Of a stretch of 64,000 bases of DNA, positions 10,048 through 19,199 are shown in pieces. The stretch is from Candidatus Omnitrophota bacterium. Its GTDB lineage: Bacteria > Omnitrophota > Gorgyraeia > Zapsychrales > JANLHA01. Every line of letters begins with the position of its first letter. Position 1 is the stretch's first letter. The translations under genes and the position numbers were made by a program. Where the stretch lies: the NCBI GenBank assembly GCA_020632535.1, contig JACKFJ010000003.1, forward strand, positions 230,166 through 294,165. Direction: 5' to 3'. Below the pieces are notes generated by a model. That model searched no databases, was not told where the DNA came from, and saw nothing but the letters and a program-made list of their open reading frames with translations.

Positions 10048-11186
10048 AAGTCCTTCCTAAAGGTAGCGTCACTTCAGCAAAAGGCTTTACGGCAAACGGT
10101 GTTTCCGCTGGAATCAAAAAATCCGGAAAAAAAGATTTATCATTGATTGTTTCTGCGGTGCCATGTCCGACAGCCGGCGTGTATACCAAGAATTCCGTTA
10201 AGGCCGCACCACTGGTTCTCGCTCAAAAATATTTACAAAATAATATTTCACAAGCTGTGATTTGCAATAGCGGCAATGCCAATTGCTTTACTGGCAAGCA
10301 AGGATATTCTGTCGCACAAAAAACCGCAAATCTTGTCGGAAAATTACTCTCAATCAAACCCCAAGATGTCATTGTTGCTTCAACAGGGATTATCGGCAAA
10401 CAGCTGCCATTTGAAAAAATCGCCGCGGCGACACCAACACTCATAAAAGGATTAAGTGCGGACAATGGGCACGCTGCCGCTTTAGGCATATTGACAACAG
10501 ATTTAATTGGTAAGGAAATCGCTGTCACAATCTCATTAGGCGGCAAAAAAGTTGTCATCGGCGGATGCGCAAAAGGATCAGGCATGATTCAACCTGATAT
10601 GGCAACGATGTTGTGTTTTATCACCACCGACGCCGCCATCGATAAAAAGATACTCAAGCAGGCATTGGCATACGCAACAGACCATTCGTTTAATTGCATC
10701 ACTGTTGACGGCTGTATGAGTACCAATGACATGGTTACCGTCATGGCGAATGGTTTCGCGGGTAACGCCATCATCAAATCAAAAAATGAAGATTTTCAAA
10801 AATTTACAGCAGCGCTAACGTATGTTTGTATTTTTCTTGCTAAGAAAATTGTGCTCGATGGAGAAGGAGCCACCAAATTCATCGAAATCAAAGTTGAGGG
10901 CGGAAAAGATTTTAACCAAGCGAAGAAAATTGCTTTGGCTATTGCAAATTCCAACTTGGTCAAAACCGCAGCGTATGGCAGTAACCCCAATTGGGGACGC
11001 GTTGCCGCGGCCGTTGGGGCGCTTAATCTAGGCGTGACCGAAAATACGATTAAAATCACATTTAGCTCTTTCGCAAAAAAGCACATCAAAATCAATGTTT
11101 TGCTACGCCTAGGTAAACACAAAGCCATTGTCTACACGTCTGATCTTTCACCAGAATATGTACACATCAATGGGAAGTACACTTAA
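10044..11186 (+). CDS. argJ: bifunctional ornithine acetyltransferase/N-acetylglutamate synthase
   Basis: 380 aa; autoprocessing-site block PDMATMLCFITTDA, GSNPNWGR; ATGA overlap with argC. Confidence 0.9.
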   Translation: MKVLPKGSVTSAKGFTANGVSAGIKKSGKKDLSLIVSAVPCPTAGVYTKNSVKAAPLVLAQKYLQNNISQAVICNSGNANCFTGKQGYSVAQKTANLVGKLLSIKPQDVIVASTGIIGKQLPFEKIAAATPTLIKGLSADNGHAAALGILTTDLIGKEIAVTISLGGKKVVIGGCAKGSGMIQPDMATMLCFITTDAAIDKKILKQALAYATDHSFNCITVDGCMSTNDMVTVMANGFAGNAIIKSKNEDFQKFTAALTYVCIFLAKKIVLDGEGATKFIEIKVEGGKDFNQAKKIALAIANSNLVKTAAYGSNPNWGRVAAAVGALNLGVTENTIKITFSSFAKKHIKINVLLRLGKHKAIVYTSDLSPEYVHINGKYT

Positions 11187-11191
11187 ATCCC

Positions 11192-12049
11192 ATGCAAAAC
11201 GTCACCCAAAAGGCCGATGTCCTCGTTGAAGCGATTCCTTATATTCACGCTTTCCGTCGAAAAGTCTTTGTCATCAAATACGGCGGCAGCATCCTTGATG
11301 ACCCAAAAATCCGCAAGAATATCTTCGAGGATATCGTTTTCTTAAGTTATGTTGGCATTCGCACGATCATTGTTCACGGCGGCGGGCCGCATATTAGCAA
11401 TCGTATTAAAGAATTGGGCGGCGAAACAATTTTTCATGAAGGCATACGCGTGACAGACGCCAAAACTTTGCAAGTTGTCAGCGAAGAATTGGAGAAATTA
11501 AATAATAAAATCGTTGCTGAAATCAAAGACTTAAAAGGTGATGTCACTGGTCTTAAGGGACAGGAAAATATTATTCACGTAACAAAGAAAAAAGCTTCCC
11601 GCGACCTTGGTTTTGTCGGAACGATCACCAATGTTGATAAAAAAGCACTTGAAAAGCATTTACATGAAGGCTATATCACTGTCGTTTCACCAATGGGTGT
11701 AAGCGTAGACCAACAAACGCATAATGTTAACGCCGACGAAGTCGCCGGCGCGATTGCCGTATCATTAGAAGCGGAGAAAATTGTTCTCCTAACCAATGTC
11801 ACAGGTGTTTTGCGTGATCCCAAAGATCCCGAATCACTGATTTCTACGCTCTCAAAAGCGCAGGTGCATGAACTTATTAAAAGCGGCATCATTCAAGGCG
11901 GCATGATTCCCAAAGTCAACTCGTGCATGGAAGTTTTGGCGGGCGGTGTTAAAAAGGCTCACATTATCGACGCACGATTGCGACACGCCTTGTTACTCGA
12001 AATCTTTACCGATAAAGGTATCGGAACACAAATTTTGGCGGATGTATAA
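11192..12049 (+). CDS. argB: acetylglutamate kinase
   Basis: 285 aa; FVIKYGGS, IVHGGGP, NVNADEVAGAIA. Confidence 0.9.
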   Translation: MQNVTQKADVLVEAIPYIHAFRRKVFVIKYGGSILDDPKIRKNIFEDIVFLSYVGIRTIIVHGGGPHISNRIKELGGETIFHEGIRVTDAKTLQVVSEELEKLNNKIVAEIKDLKGDVTGLKGQENIIHVTKKKASRDLGFVGTITNVDKKALEKHLHEGYITVVSPMGVSVDQQTHNVNADEVAGAIAVSLEAEKIVLLTNVTGVLRDPKDPESLISTLSKAQVHELIKSGIIQGGMIPKVNSCMEVLAGGVKKAHIIDARLRHALLLEIFTDKGIGTQILADV

Positions 12050-12055
12050 TTTCCT

Positions 12056-12130
12056 TGTCATTCCCGCAATCTCTTAGCGGGCATCCACTTAACAAAAATG
12101 GATCCCCGATTAAAGCATTCGGGGATGACA
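12056..12130 (-). repeat. two-hairpin intergenic palindromic element, family A copy 2 (inverted orientation)
   Basis: TGTCATTCCCGCAATCTCTTAGCGGGCATCC...GGATCCCCGATTAAAGCATTCGGGGATGACA; reverse complement of the arrangement seen at 53476 and 58690. Confidence 0.8.
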
Positions 12131-12146
12131 CAAAAAGGCAATTACT

Positions 12147-13334
12147 ATGAATAAAAAAGAAGTCTTCGATAATTACGAAAATTACATTTTGTCGACATAC
12201 ACTCGTGTACCTTTGATTTTCATTAAAGGCAAGGGCATGACTTTGACCGACATCGATGGCAAAACCTATCTTGATTTTTTCCCAGGCTGGGGAGTTAACA
12301 ATGTCGGACATTGCCACCCTAAAGTCATGTCCGCCGTACGTGATCAAATCGGTAAGCTCATTTTTGTTCCTAATAATCTTTACCATTTGCATCAAGCCAA
12401 ACTTGCCAAAGAAATTATTACCAACGCATTTCCCGGTAAAGTATTTTTCTGTAACAGCGGCGCTGAAGCAGCAGAAGGGGCGATCAAATTTTGCCACGCG
12501 TATGGAAAGGACAAACGTTTTGAGATTATCACAATGCTAAATTCTTTTCACGGACGAACGATGGGAGCGATTAGCGCGACAGGTCAGACAAAATATCAAG
12601 AAGGTTTTGCGCCGCTCGTCCCGGGATTTAAGCACGTACCATTTAACGATATCAACGCACTGAAGAACGCGATCACAGAAAAAACTGTTGGTATTATGCT
12701 TGAGCCGATTCAAGGCGAAGGTGGCATTAATATTGCGAGTAAAGAATACATTCAGGAAATTCGTAAAATCTGTGATGAAAAAGATATTCTTTTGATTTTC
12801 GACGAAGTGCAAACCGGCATGGGGCGCACGGGAGAAATGTTCGCGTTTAAACATTATGGCGTCACACCCGATCTTATGACTTTGGCCAAAGCATTAGGGG
12901 GCGGATTTCCCATTGGCGCTTTAGTTGTAAAAGATAAATTTACGGACATTCTAAAGCCCGGCATGCACGCGTCAACATTCGGTGGTGGTGCCGTTATTTG
13001 TAAAGCCAGCTTAGGTGTTTTCAAAGCTATTAAAAGCGAAAAAATGCTAAAAAACACAAAACTCATGGGAGCGTACCTCCTCGAGAAATTACTCCAATTA
13101 AAAGAAAAATTTAATTGCATTCTCGAAGTACGTGGGCTAGGATTTATGATCGGTGTTGAACTTTCCCTCGAGGGAAAATCGATTGTTGATGAGTGCTTAA
13201 AAAACGGACTTATCATCAATTGTACGCAAGGAAAAGTGCTGCGAATTATGCCAGCGCTCAATGTGAATAAAAAACAAATCGAAAAAGCGATTCGCATTCT
13301 CGATAAAGCTTTCGAAACAACCACTTCTAAATAA
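12147..13334 (+). CDS. argD: acetylornithine aminotransferase
   Basis: 395 aa; class-III aminotransferase blocks DEVQTGMGRTG and TLAKALGGGFP (PLP lysine). Confidence 0.88.
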   Translation: MNKKEVFDNYENYILSTYTRVPLIFIKGKGMTLTDIDGKTYLDFFPGWGVNNVGHCHPKVMSAVRDQIGKLIFVPNNLYHLHQAKLAKEIITNAFPGKVFFCNSGAEAAEGAIKFCHAYGKDKRFEIITMLNSFHGRTMGAISATGQTKYQEGFAPLVPGFKHVPFNDINALKNAITEKTVGIMLEPIQGEGGINIASKEYIQEIRKICDEKDILLIFDEVQTGMGRTGEMFAFKHYGVTPDLMTLAKALGGGFPIGALVVKDKFTDILKPGMHASTFGGGAVICKASLGVFKAIKSEKMLKNTKLMGAYLLEKLLQLKEKFNCILEVRGLGFMIGVELSLEGKSIVDECLKNGLIINCTQGKVLRIMPALNVNKKQIEKAIRILDKAFETTTSK

Positions 13335-13351
13335 AAATAGAAAGCGCAGTG

Positions 13352-14278
13352 ATGAAACGCGACTTTATCAGTTTAAAAAGTTGTACCAATGCCGAGCTTG
13401 CTAAGCTTTTAGAAAGTGCCAGCCGCCTTAAAAGGGCGAAGAACCGCATTTCCGATGATCTCAAAGGCAAAACGGTCGGCTTGATTTTTCAAAAGCCATC
13501 GAATCGCACACGCGTTTCTTTTGAGGTCGGCATTCATCAGCTCGGGGGTAATTGCATTTATTTAGGCCCCGAAGAAATCAATCTCGGCAAGCGCGAAGCA
13601 ACATCAGACGTTGCCAAAACGCTTTCGCGCTATTTAGATGGTATTGTCGCGCGCACATTTTCGCATCATGATGTCGTTGAACTCGCAAAATTTGCAACCG
13701 TTCCCGTCATCAATGGTCTAACTGATCTTTCGCATCCGTGCCAAGCGATGGCGGACATGCTCACAATCCACGAACATTTTGGCAAATTTAAAAATATTAA
13801 ATTGGCTTACGTTGGCGACGGCAACAATGTTTGTCATTCCCTGATGATTATCAGTGCCAAACTCGGGGTCAATATGACCGTGGCACACCCTAAAGGTTAT
13901 GCGCCATTAAAAATCGTCATCGATGCTGCACAAGATTTAGCGCTTGAAACCAATGCGAAAATAAATCTAACCACTGATCCGGTACAAGCCGTTAAAGGCG
14001 CGCAAGTCATTTACGCGGACACGTGGGTGAGCATGGGGCAGGAAGAGGAAGCAAGAAAAAGGCTTAAAATTTTTGACAAATACCAAATCAACAAAAAGCT
14101 CATTGCCAACGCGGACAAAAAATTTATTTTTATGCACTGCTTACCGGCACATCGCGGACAGGAAGTGACAGAAGAGATTATCGACGGCCCGCACTCGGTC
14201 ATTTTTGATCAAGCCGAAAATCGTTTACATGCGCAAAAAGCGATTTTATTGCACTTATTAGGAAAGGGAAAGAAATGA
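13352..14278 (+). CDS. argF: ornithine carbamoyltransferase
   Basis: FQKPSNRTRVSFE (carbamoyl-phosphate site), HPCQAMAD, HCLPAHRGQEV; ATG at 13352 (GTG at 13349 is the track start). Confidence 0.9.
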   Translation: MKRDFISLKSCTNAELAKLLESASRLKRAKNRISDDLKGKTVGLIFQKPSNRTRVSFEVGIHQLGGNCIYLGPEEINLGKREATSDVAKTLSRYLDGIVARTFSHHDVVELAKFATVPVINGLTDLSHPCQAMADMLTIHEHFGKFKNIKLAYVGDGNNVCHSLMIISAKLGVNMTVAHPKGYAPLKIVIDAAQDLALETNAKINLTTDPVQAVKGAQVIYADTWVSMGQEEEARKRLKIFDKYQINKKLIANADKKFIFMHCLPAHRGQEVTEEIIDGPHSVIFDQAENRLHAQKAILLHLLGKGKK

Positions 14279-15441
14279 AAAAGGTTGTTTTAGCGTATTC
14301 TGGCGGTTTAGATACATCCTGCGCCATCAAGTGGCTGCAAGACAAAGATTATGATGTTGTGGCGATGATTGCCGACGTCGGACAGGGCGAAGACTTTGAC
14401 GCGATTAAAGAGCGCGCGCTCAAAACCGGCGCGAGTAAAGTGCATGTCTTAAATTTACAAAAAGAATTTGTCAGCGACTATGTTTTTCCCGCGATTCGTG
14501 CTAACGCCATGTACGAAAATAAATATCTTTTAGCAACAGCGCTTTCACGCCCGTTGATTGCCAAGCATCAAGTCGAAATCGCGCATAAAGAAAAAGCAAC
14601 CGCGGTGGCCCATGGTTGCACCGGAAAAGGCAATGACCAAGTCCGTTTTGAGACGACAATTCGTCTTTTGGATCCGAGCCTCGAACACATTGCTCCCGTG
14701 CGTGTCTGGGAATTTAAAACCCGCGATGAAGAAATTGATTACGCAAAAAAACACAAAATTCCTGTGAGTGTCACCAAAAAAAGTCCGTACAGCATCGATA
14801 TCAATTTGTACGGCCGCAGTATCGAATGCGGAATTTTGGAAGATCCTTGGGCTGAACCGCCGGAAGAAATTTATCATTTTACGGTGAGTCCAGAAAAAGC
14901 TCCCGATAAGCCAACGTATATTGAAGTAGATTTTAAAGATGGTACACCGGTTTCGATTGACGGCAAAGTTTATGAACCACTCGCGCTGATTAATAAACTT
15001 AATGAAGTCGGTGGAAAGAATGCTGTCGGGCGTGTTGACGCGATTGAAAATCGCTTGGTTGGAATCAAGTCGCGCGAAATTTATGAGAATCCAGCTGGGC
15101 TTATTCTTTATCTGGCTCATCAGGAATTAGAATCTTTAGTCTTAGACCGTGAAACAGCACATTATAAACAGCTTATTTCACCGAAATACGCGCAATTGAT
15201 TTATAACGGTCTGTGGGAAACACCTTTGAAGAAACAGCTCGATGCGTACATCAATGAAACGCAAAAGAATGTGACGGGAACGGTACGCTTAAAACTTTAC
15301 AAAGGCAACTGTATCGTAGTCGGTCGCAAATCCAAGTTTTCGCGCTATAAATTGCAACTCGCGACATATGGATCAGAAGATCAATTTGATCAAAAAATGG
15401 CTGAAGGATTTTTAAAATTGTGGGCCATGCCGTATTCGTAA
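14275..15441 (+). CDS. argG: argininosuccinate synthase
   Basis: 388 aa; AYSGGLDTS ATP-binding motif, GCTGKGNDQVRFE. Confidence 0.92.
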   Translation: MKKVVLAYSGGLDTSCAIKWLQDKDYDVVAMIADVGQGEDFDAIKERALKTGASKVHVLNLQKEFVSDYVFPAIRANAMYENKYLLATALSRPLIAKHQVEIAHKEKATAVAHGCTGKGNDQVRFETTIRLLDPSLEHIAPVRVWEFKTRDEEIDYAKKHKIPVSVTKKSPYSIDINLYGRSIECGILEDPWAEPPEEIYHFTVSPEKAPDKPTYIEVDFKDGTPVSIDGKVYEPLALINKLNEVGGKNAVGRVDAIENRLVGIKSREIYENPAGLILYLAHQELESLVLDRETAHYKQLISPKYAQLIYNGLWETPLKKQLDAYINETQKNVTGTVRLKLYKGNCIVVGRKSKFSRYKLQLATYGSEDQFDQKMAEGFLKLWAMPYS

Positions 15442-15462
15442 GTTTCGACATTTAAGGAAAAT

Positions 15463-16794
15463 ATGACAAAAAAACTCTGGGGTGGGCGATTCAGCAAAGG
15501 GACTCATAAACTCGTCGAAGAGTTTACGAATTCGATTCACTTTGACCAAAAGCTGGCTAAGTATGATGTCATCGGTTCGCTCGCGCATATTGATGTTTTG
15601 AAAAAAGCCAAACTTCTCAAAGCTGTAGAATATCAGGCGCTTAAAAAAGCTTTGGAATCAATTTTAAAGACGATCGAAAACGGCACTTTTAAAATTAATC
15701 CGTCGTTTGAAGACATTCATTCCTATATTCAAGAATTGGTAGAAAAAAAAGCGGGTAAGGCGGGGCTAAAACTTCACACATGCCGTTCACGCAATGATCA
15801 AGTTGCTTTTGATGTGAAAGCTTACACGTTAGAAAATCTTTTTATCACGCAAAAGCTCGTTGATGATCTAACAATTACACTTGGCAATCTTGCGAATAAA
15901 AATCGTAATCTTGTAATCCCGGGATTTACACATTTACAGCATGCGATTCCTGTTAGCGTCGTGCAATACTTGAATGCGTACGTTGAAATGCTCAACCGAG
16001 ATCATGTTCGCCTTTATAATGCGGCTGTCAATATTCATTTGACGTTGGGCGCTGGCGCTTTGGCAGGGACGTTTATTCCCGCATTAAACTATAAACAAAA
16101 GAAGAATAAATCATTACTTAAAGATATCGACTCAACCAAGAATTCCTTGGATGCTGTCAGCGACCGCGATTTTATCATTGAAAGCCTTAACGCGCTTGCC
16201 ACAACGAGCATGCATCTTTCGCGTCTGGCGGAGGACATGATCCTCTGGTCGACCAAAGAATTTGATTTTATTGATGTCGACGATGCCTTTTGCACGGGCA
16301 GTTCGCTTATGCCGCAAAAGAAAAATCCCGACGTGCTTGAACTTGTGCGCGGATACACCGGCCGACTATACGGCAATCTCGTCAATGTTTTGACAATGAT
16401 GAAGGGACTGCCGCTTTCGTATAATCGCGACATGCAATTGGACAAAGAGCCTTTGTTTGATTCGTTTGAAATTGTGCAAAAAGAACTTGCGGTTTTAACC
16501 GAACTCTTTAAGAATGTGAAATTTAAGAAAGACAATATCGTCAAGCAACTCGAAGACGAATCACTTTACGCGACGGATATGTCAGATTATCTTGTACAAA
16601 ACGGTGTGACCTTCAAAGACGCGCATAAAATTATCGGACATTTGATCCAGCACAAATTAAAGAATAATGTCGAAATCAAAACCATGACCGACGCAGAATT
16701 AAAGAAATTTCATCCCAAGCTTAATGCGAAAGTTTTAAAAAATATTATTAACCCTAAGACATCTGTTCAGTCAAAAAAATCTATTAAAAAGTAG
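15463..16794 (+). CDS. argH: argininosuccinate lyase
   Basis: 443 aa; fumarate-lyase signature GSSLMPQKKNPD, TSRNDQ-like CRSRNDQV. Confidence 0.92.
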   Translation: MTKKLWGGRFSKGTHKLVEEFTNSIHFDQKLAKYDVIGSLAHIDVLKKAKLLKAVEYQALKKALESILKTIENGTFKINPSFEDIHSYIQELVEKKAGKAGLKLHTCRSRNDQVAFDVKAYTLENLFITQKLVDDLTITLGNLANKNRNLVIPGFTHLQHAIPVSVVQYLNAYVEMLNRDHVRLYNAAVNIHLTLGAGALAGTFIPALNYKQKKNKSLLKDIDSTKNSLDAVSDRDFIIESLNALATTSMHLSRLAEDMILWSTKEFDFIDVDDAFCTGSSLMPQKKNPDVLELVRGYTGRLYGNLVNVLTMMKGLPLSYNRDMQLDKEPLFDSFEIVQKELAVLTELFKNVKFKKDNIVKQLEDESLYATDMSDYLVQNGVTFKDAHKIIGHLIQHKLKNNVEIKTMTDAELKKFHPKLNAKVLKNIINPKTSVQSKKSIKK

Positions 16795-16924
16795 TAGTTC
16801 CGGTTAACCTGCAGCCGGACGTTGCGAGACTCGCTCGCATGGAGTCAGAGCGAGTCGAGCGTCGAACGCCGTCAGCCACGCAGGGGCTGGCAAGTGTTCC
16901 GGCGAAATGATTAACCGGAACTAC
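16794..16924 (+). repeat. GC-rich structured intergenic element, subtype B copy 1
   Basis: Perfect 14-bp terminal inverted repeat GTAGTTCCGGTTAA (16794-16807) / TTAACCGGAACTAC (16911-16924). The interior GCCGGACGTTGCGAGACTCGC...GTTCCGGCG closely matches the copy at 20811. Confidence 0.8.
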
Positions 16925-16945
16925 GAAAAAAGGACTCGAGACGCC

Positions 16946-18202
16946 ATGCACGATTTTAAATTTAAGAATAAAGATTTATACTGCGAAAATGTAAAGGTCA
17001 GCGACGTGGCCAAAGCTGTCGGCACACCATTTTATCTTTACAGCCACAACACACTCGTTGACCATTTGACCAAAATCCAACGCGCCTTTGCCAAGGTCAA
17101 TCCGATCGTCTGTTTTGCCATGAAATCCAACGGCAATTTGAGCGTCCTAAAAACCCTTGCCAATTACGGCGCCGGATTTGACATTGTTTCCATGGGCGAA
17201 TTAAAAAAAGCCCTGCTAATCGGCGCTGACCCAAAGAAAATTGTTTTCGCGTCCGTTGGAAAAACCGAAGACGAAATCGCGATCGCCTTGAAAGCTGGAA
17301 TTCTTTTTTTCAACGTGGAATCCGTTCCCGAACTCGAAGAAATCAATCGCATCGCCAAAAAAATGGGGAAAGTAGCACCCGTTGCTTTGCGCATCAATCC
17401 CGACGTAGCGGCCGCGACACATAATTTCATCACAACTGGAACATTAAAGAATAAATTCGGTATTGATCTAACTTCCACACGCAGACTCTTGAAAGAACAA
17501 AAAAAGTATAAAAACATCAAGATTACTGGTCTGCATATTCATATCGGCTCACAGATCGTGACCGCCAAACCGTTTATCAATGCGATCAAGAAAGTCATAG
17601 AATTTTTAGAAAGCTTGCGTAGCGAAGGAATTCGTATAGAATATTTGGACATCGGCGGCGGCATGGGTATTATTTACAAAGATGAAAACCCACAAACCGC
17701 ACAAAATTATAGCGACGCGATTCTGCCGTATCTTGAAAAAACCGGATTAAAAATTGTAATGGAGCCGGGACGTTTTATCGTTGGGAATGCGGGCATTTTT
17801 GTCACCAAAGTTTTATATTTGAAAGACAATGGCTTTAAAAAATTTCTCATCGTTGACGGCGGAATGAACGATTTGATCCGTCCGTCATTGTACGACGCGT
17901 ATCACGAAATCGTTGCGGTCAAAGCGAGTAAAGCCAAAATAATCAAGGTGGATGTCGTTGGGCCAATTTGCGAAAGCGGCGATTTTCTGGGTAAAGCCCG
18001 CGAATTGCCGGCATTAAAAAAGAACGATCTTTTAGCTGTTCTGAGCGCCGGAGCTTATGGATTTGTGATGTCGAGCAATTATAATGTCCGTTGTCGCGTC
18101 CCGGAAGTTTTAGTCAAAGGCAAAGAATTTGCAGTGACTAAAAAGCGTGAAACATACGACGATTTATTACGGAATGAAACCATTCCGACATTTTTAAAAT
18201 AA
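16946..18202 (+). CDS. lysA: diaminopimelate decarboxylase
   Basis: FAMKSN (PLP lysine), DIGGGMG, CESGD. The track start at 16907 lies inside repeat B1; ATG at 16946, preceded by AAAGGA, is more plausible. Confidence 0.9.
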   Translation: MHDFKFKNKDLYCENVKVSDVAKAVGTPFYLYSHNTLVDHLTKIQRAFAKVNPIVCFAMKSNGNLSVLKTLANYGAGFDIVSMGELKKALLIGADPKKIVFASVGKTEDEIAIALKAGILFFNVESVPELEEINRIAKKMGKVAPVALRINPDVAAATHNFITTGTLKNKFGIDLTSTRRLLKEQKKYKNIKITGLHIHIGSQIVTAKPFINAIKKVIEFLESLRSEGIRIEYLDIGGGMGIIYKDENPQTAQNYSDAILPYLEKTGLKIVMEPGRFIVGNAGIFVTKVLYLKDNGFKKFLIVDGGMNDLIRPSLYDAYHEIVAVKASKAKIIKVDVVGPICESGDFLGKARELPALKKNDLLAVLSAGAYGFVMSSNYNVRCRVPEVLVKGKEFAVTKKRETYDDLLRNETIPTFLK

Positions 18203-18206
18203 AAGT

Positions 18207-18338
18207 AAGGCGGACGAGCGGGAACACTATTCGGCGATTTCCGCAGCCGAGCCGCATACACGTCAGACTTTTGAATTAAGTTTATGCAGCTCGAGCGAGG
18301 ACTGTCTGAGCACAAATAATGTTCCCGCTCTTGCGCCC
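18207..18338 (+). repeat. GC-rich structured intergenic element, subtype C copy 1
   Basis: Outer inverted repeat GAGCGGGAACACTATT (18216-18231) / AATAATGTTCCCGCTC (18315-18330), 15 of 16 bp. Conserved cores CGGCGATTTCCGCAGCC and GCGAGGACTGTCTGAG. Central stem 18249-18258 / 18283-18292. Confidence 0.75.
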
Positions 18339-18344
18339 AATAAT

Positions 18345-19175
18345 ATGAAAAAATCAATTCACTTCACAAAAATGGTCGGCGCGGGCAATGACTTTCTCGT
18401 CATCACGGCAGATAAAAGCCTCGATTACAAAAAGCTGGCGCTCAAGGCTTGCCATCGCACCAACGGCATCGGCGCGGACGGCATTCTTGTGCTTGATAAG
18501 TCAAAAACCGCGGATTACCGCATGCGTATCATTAACGCCGACGGTTCTGAAGCGGAAATGTGTGGCAATGGCGCCCGTTGTATCGCGACATACATTGTCA
18601 ATCGCAAGAAGCCGACGAAAAAACTATTTTCTATCGAAACTTTGGCCGGAACCATTTTAGGAGAAGCCAAAGGAGAAATAGCGCGCGTACGCTTAAGCGA
18701 ACCCACTGATTATCGCCCCAATATTTCGTTGGAACTCAACGGAAAAAAAATTCACGTACACTACATCGACACGGGCGTGCCGCACACGATCGTTTATGTC
18801 AACGGATTAGCGGATATCGATGTCAACAAAATCGGATCCACAATCCGTTATCACAAAGCATTTGCGCCGCGAGGAACTAATGCCAATTTTGTCGAACAGA
18901 TCAATCCAAATTTGGTTTCTGTCCGCACATACGAACGAGGTGTCGAAAGCGAAACCCGTGCCTGCGGAACCGGCAGTGTCGCGGCCGCGATTATTTCCTA
19001 TTTGGAAACCAATCCCGGCACTTTACAGCGCGACCAAAAAAAAGCCACGATGAATGTTTTGACGCAAAGCAGGGAAACACTTGAAGTGACGTTTGACATC
19101 ACCGCCCAAAAAATCACAAACGTCTGGTTAAAGGGCAGTGCCAAATTTATTGCACAAGGCGAATATCTTTCTTAA
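18345..19175 (+). CDS. dapF: diaminopimelate epimerase
   Basis: 276 aa; two catalytic-Cys blocks NADGSEAEMCGNGARC and ETRACGTGSVA. Confidence 0.92.
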   Translation: MKKSIHFTKMVGAGNDFLVITADKSLDYKKLALKACHRTNGIGADGILVLDKSKTADYRMRIINADGSEAEMCGNGARCIATYIVNRKKPTKKLFSIETLAGTILGEAKGEIARVRLSEPTDYRPNISLELNGKKIHVHYIDTGVPHTIVYVNGLADIDVNKIGSTIRYHKAFAPRGTNANFVEQINPNLVSVRTYERGVESETRACGTGSVAAAIISYLETNPGTLQRDQKKATMNVLTQSRETLEVTFDITAQKITNVWLKGSAKFIAQGEYLS

Positions 19176-19199
19176 AATTTTAGGAGGAAATGACAAAAA

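Noticed and set aside
12006-12497. 163-aa ORF on the - strand (and similar antisense ORFs at 14545-15120, 29519-29995, 55705-56166, 12854-13324, 63039-63470)
   Set aside because: Each lies fully or largely antisense to a CDS with clear conserved motifs (argB/argD, argG, TPR protein, alaS, yajC/secD). The translations have no recognisable motifs, and 12006-12497 also reads through repeat A2. Treated as shadow ORFs.
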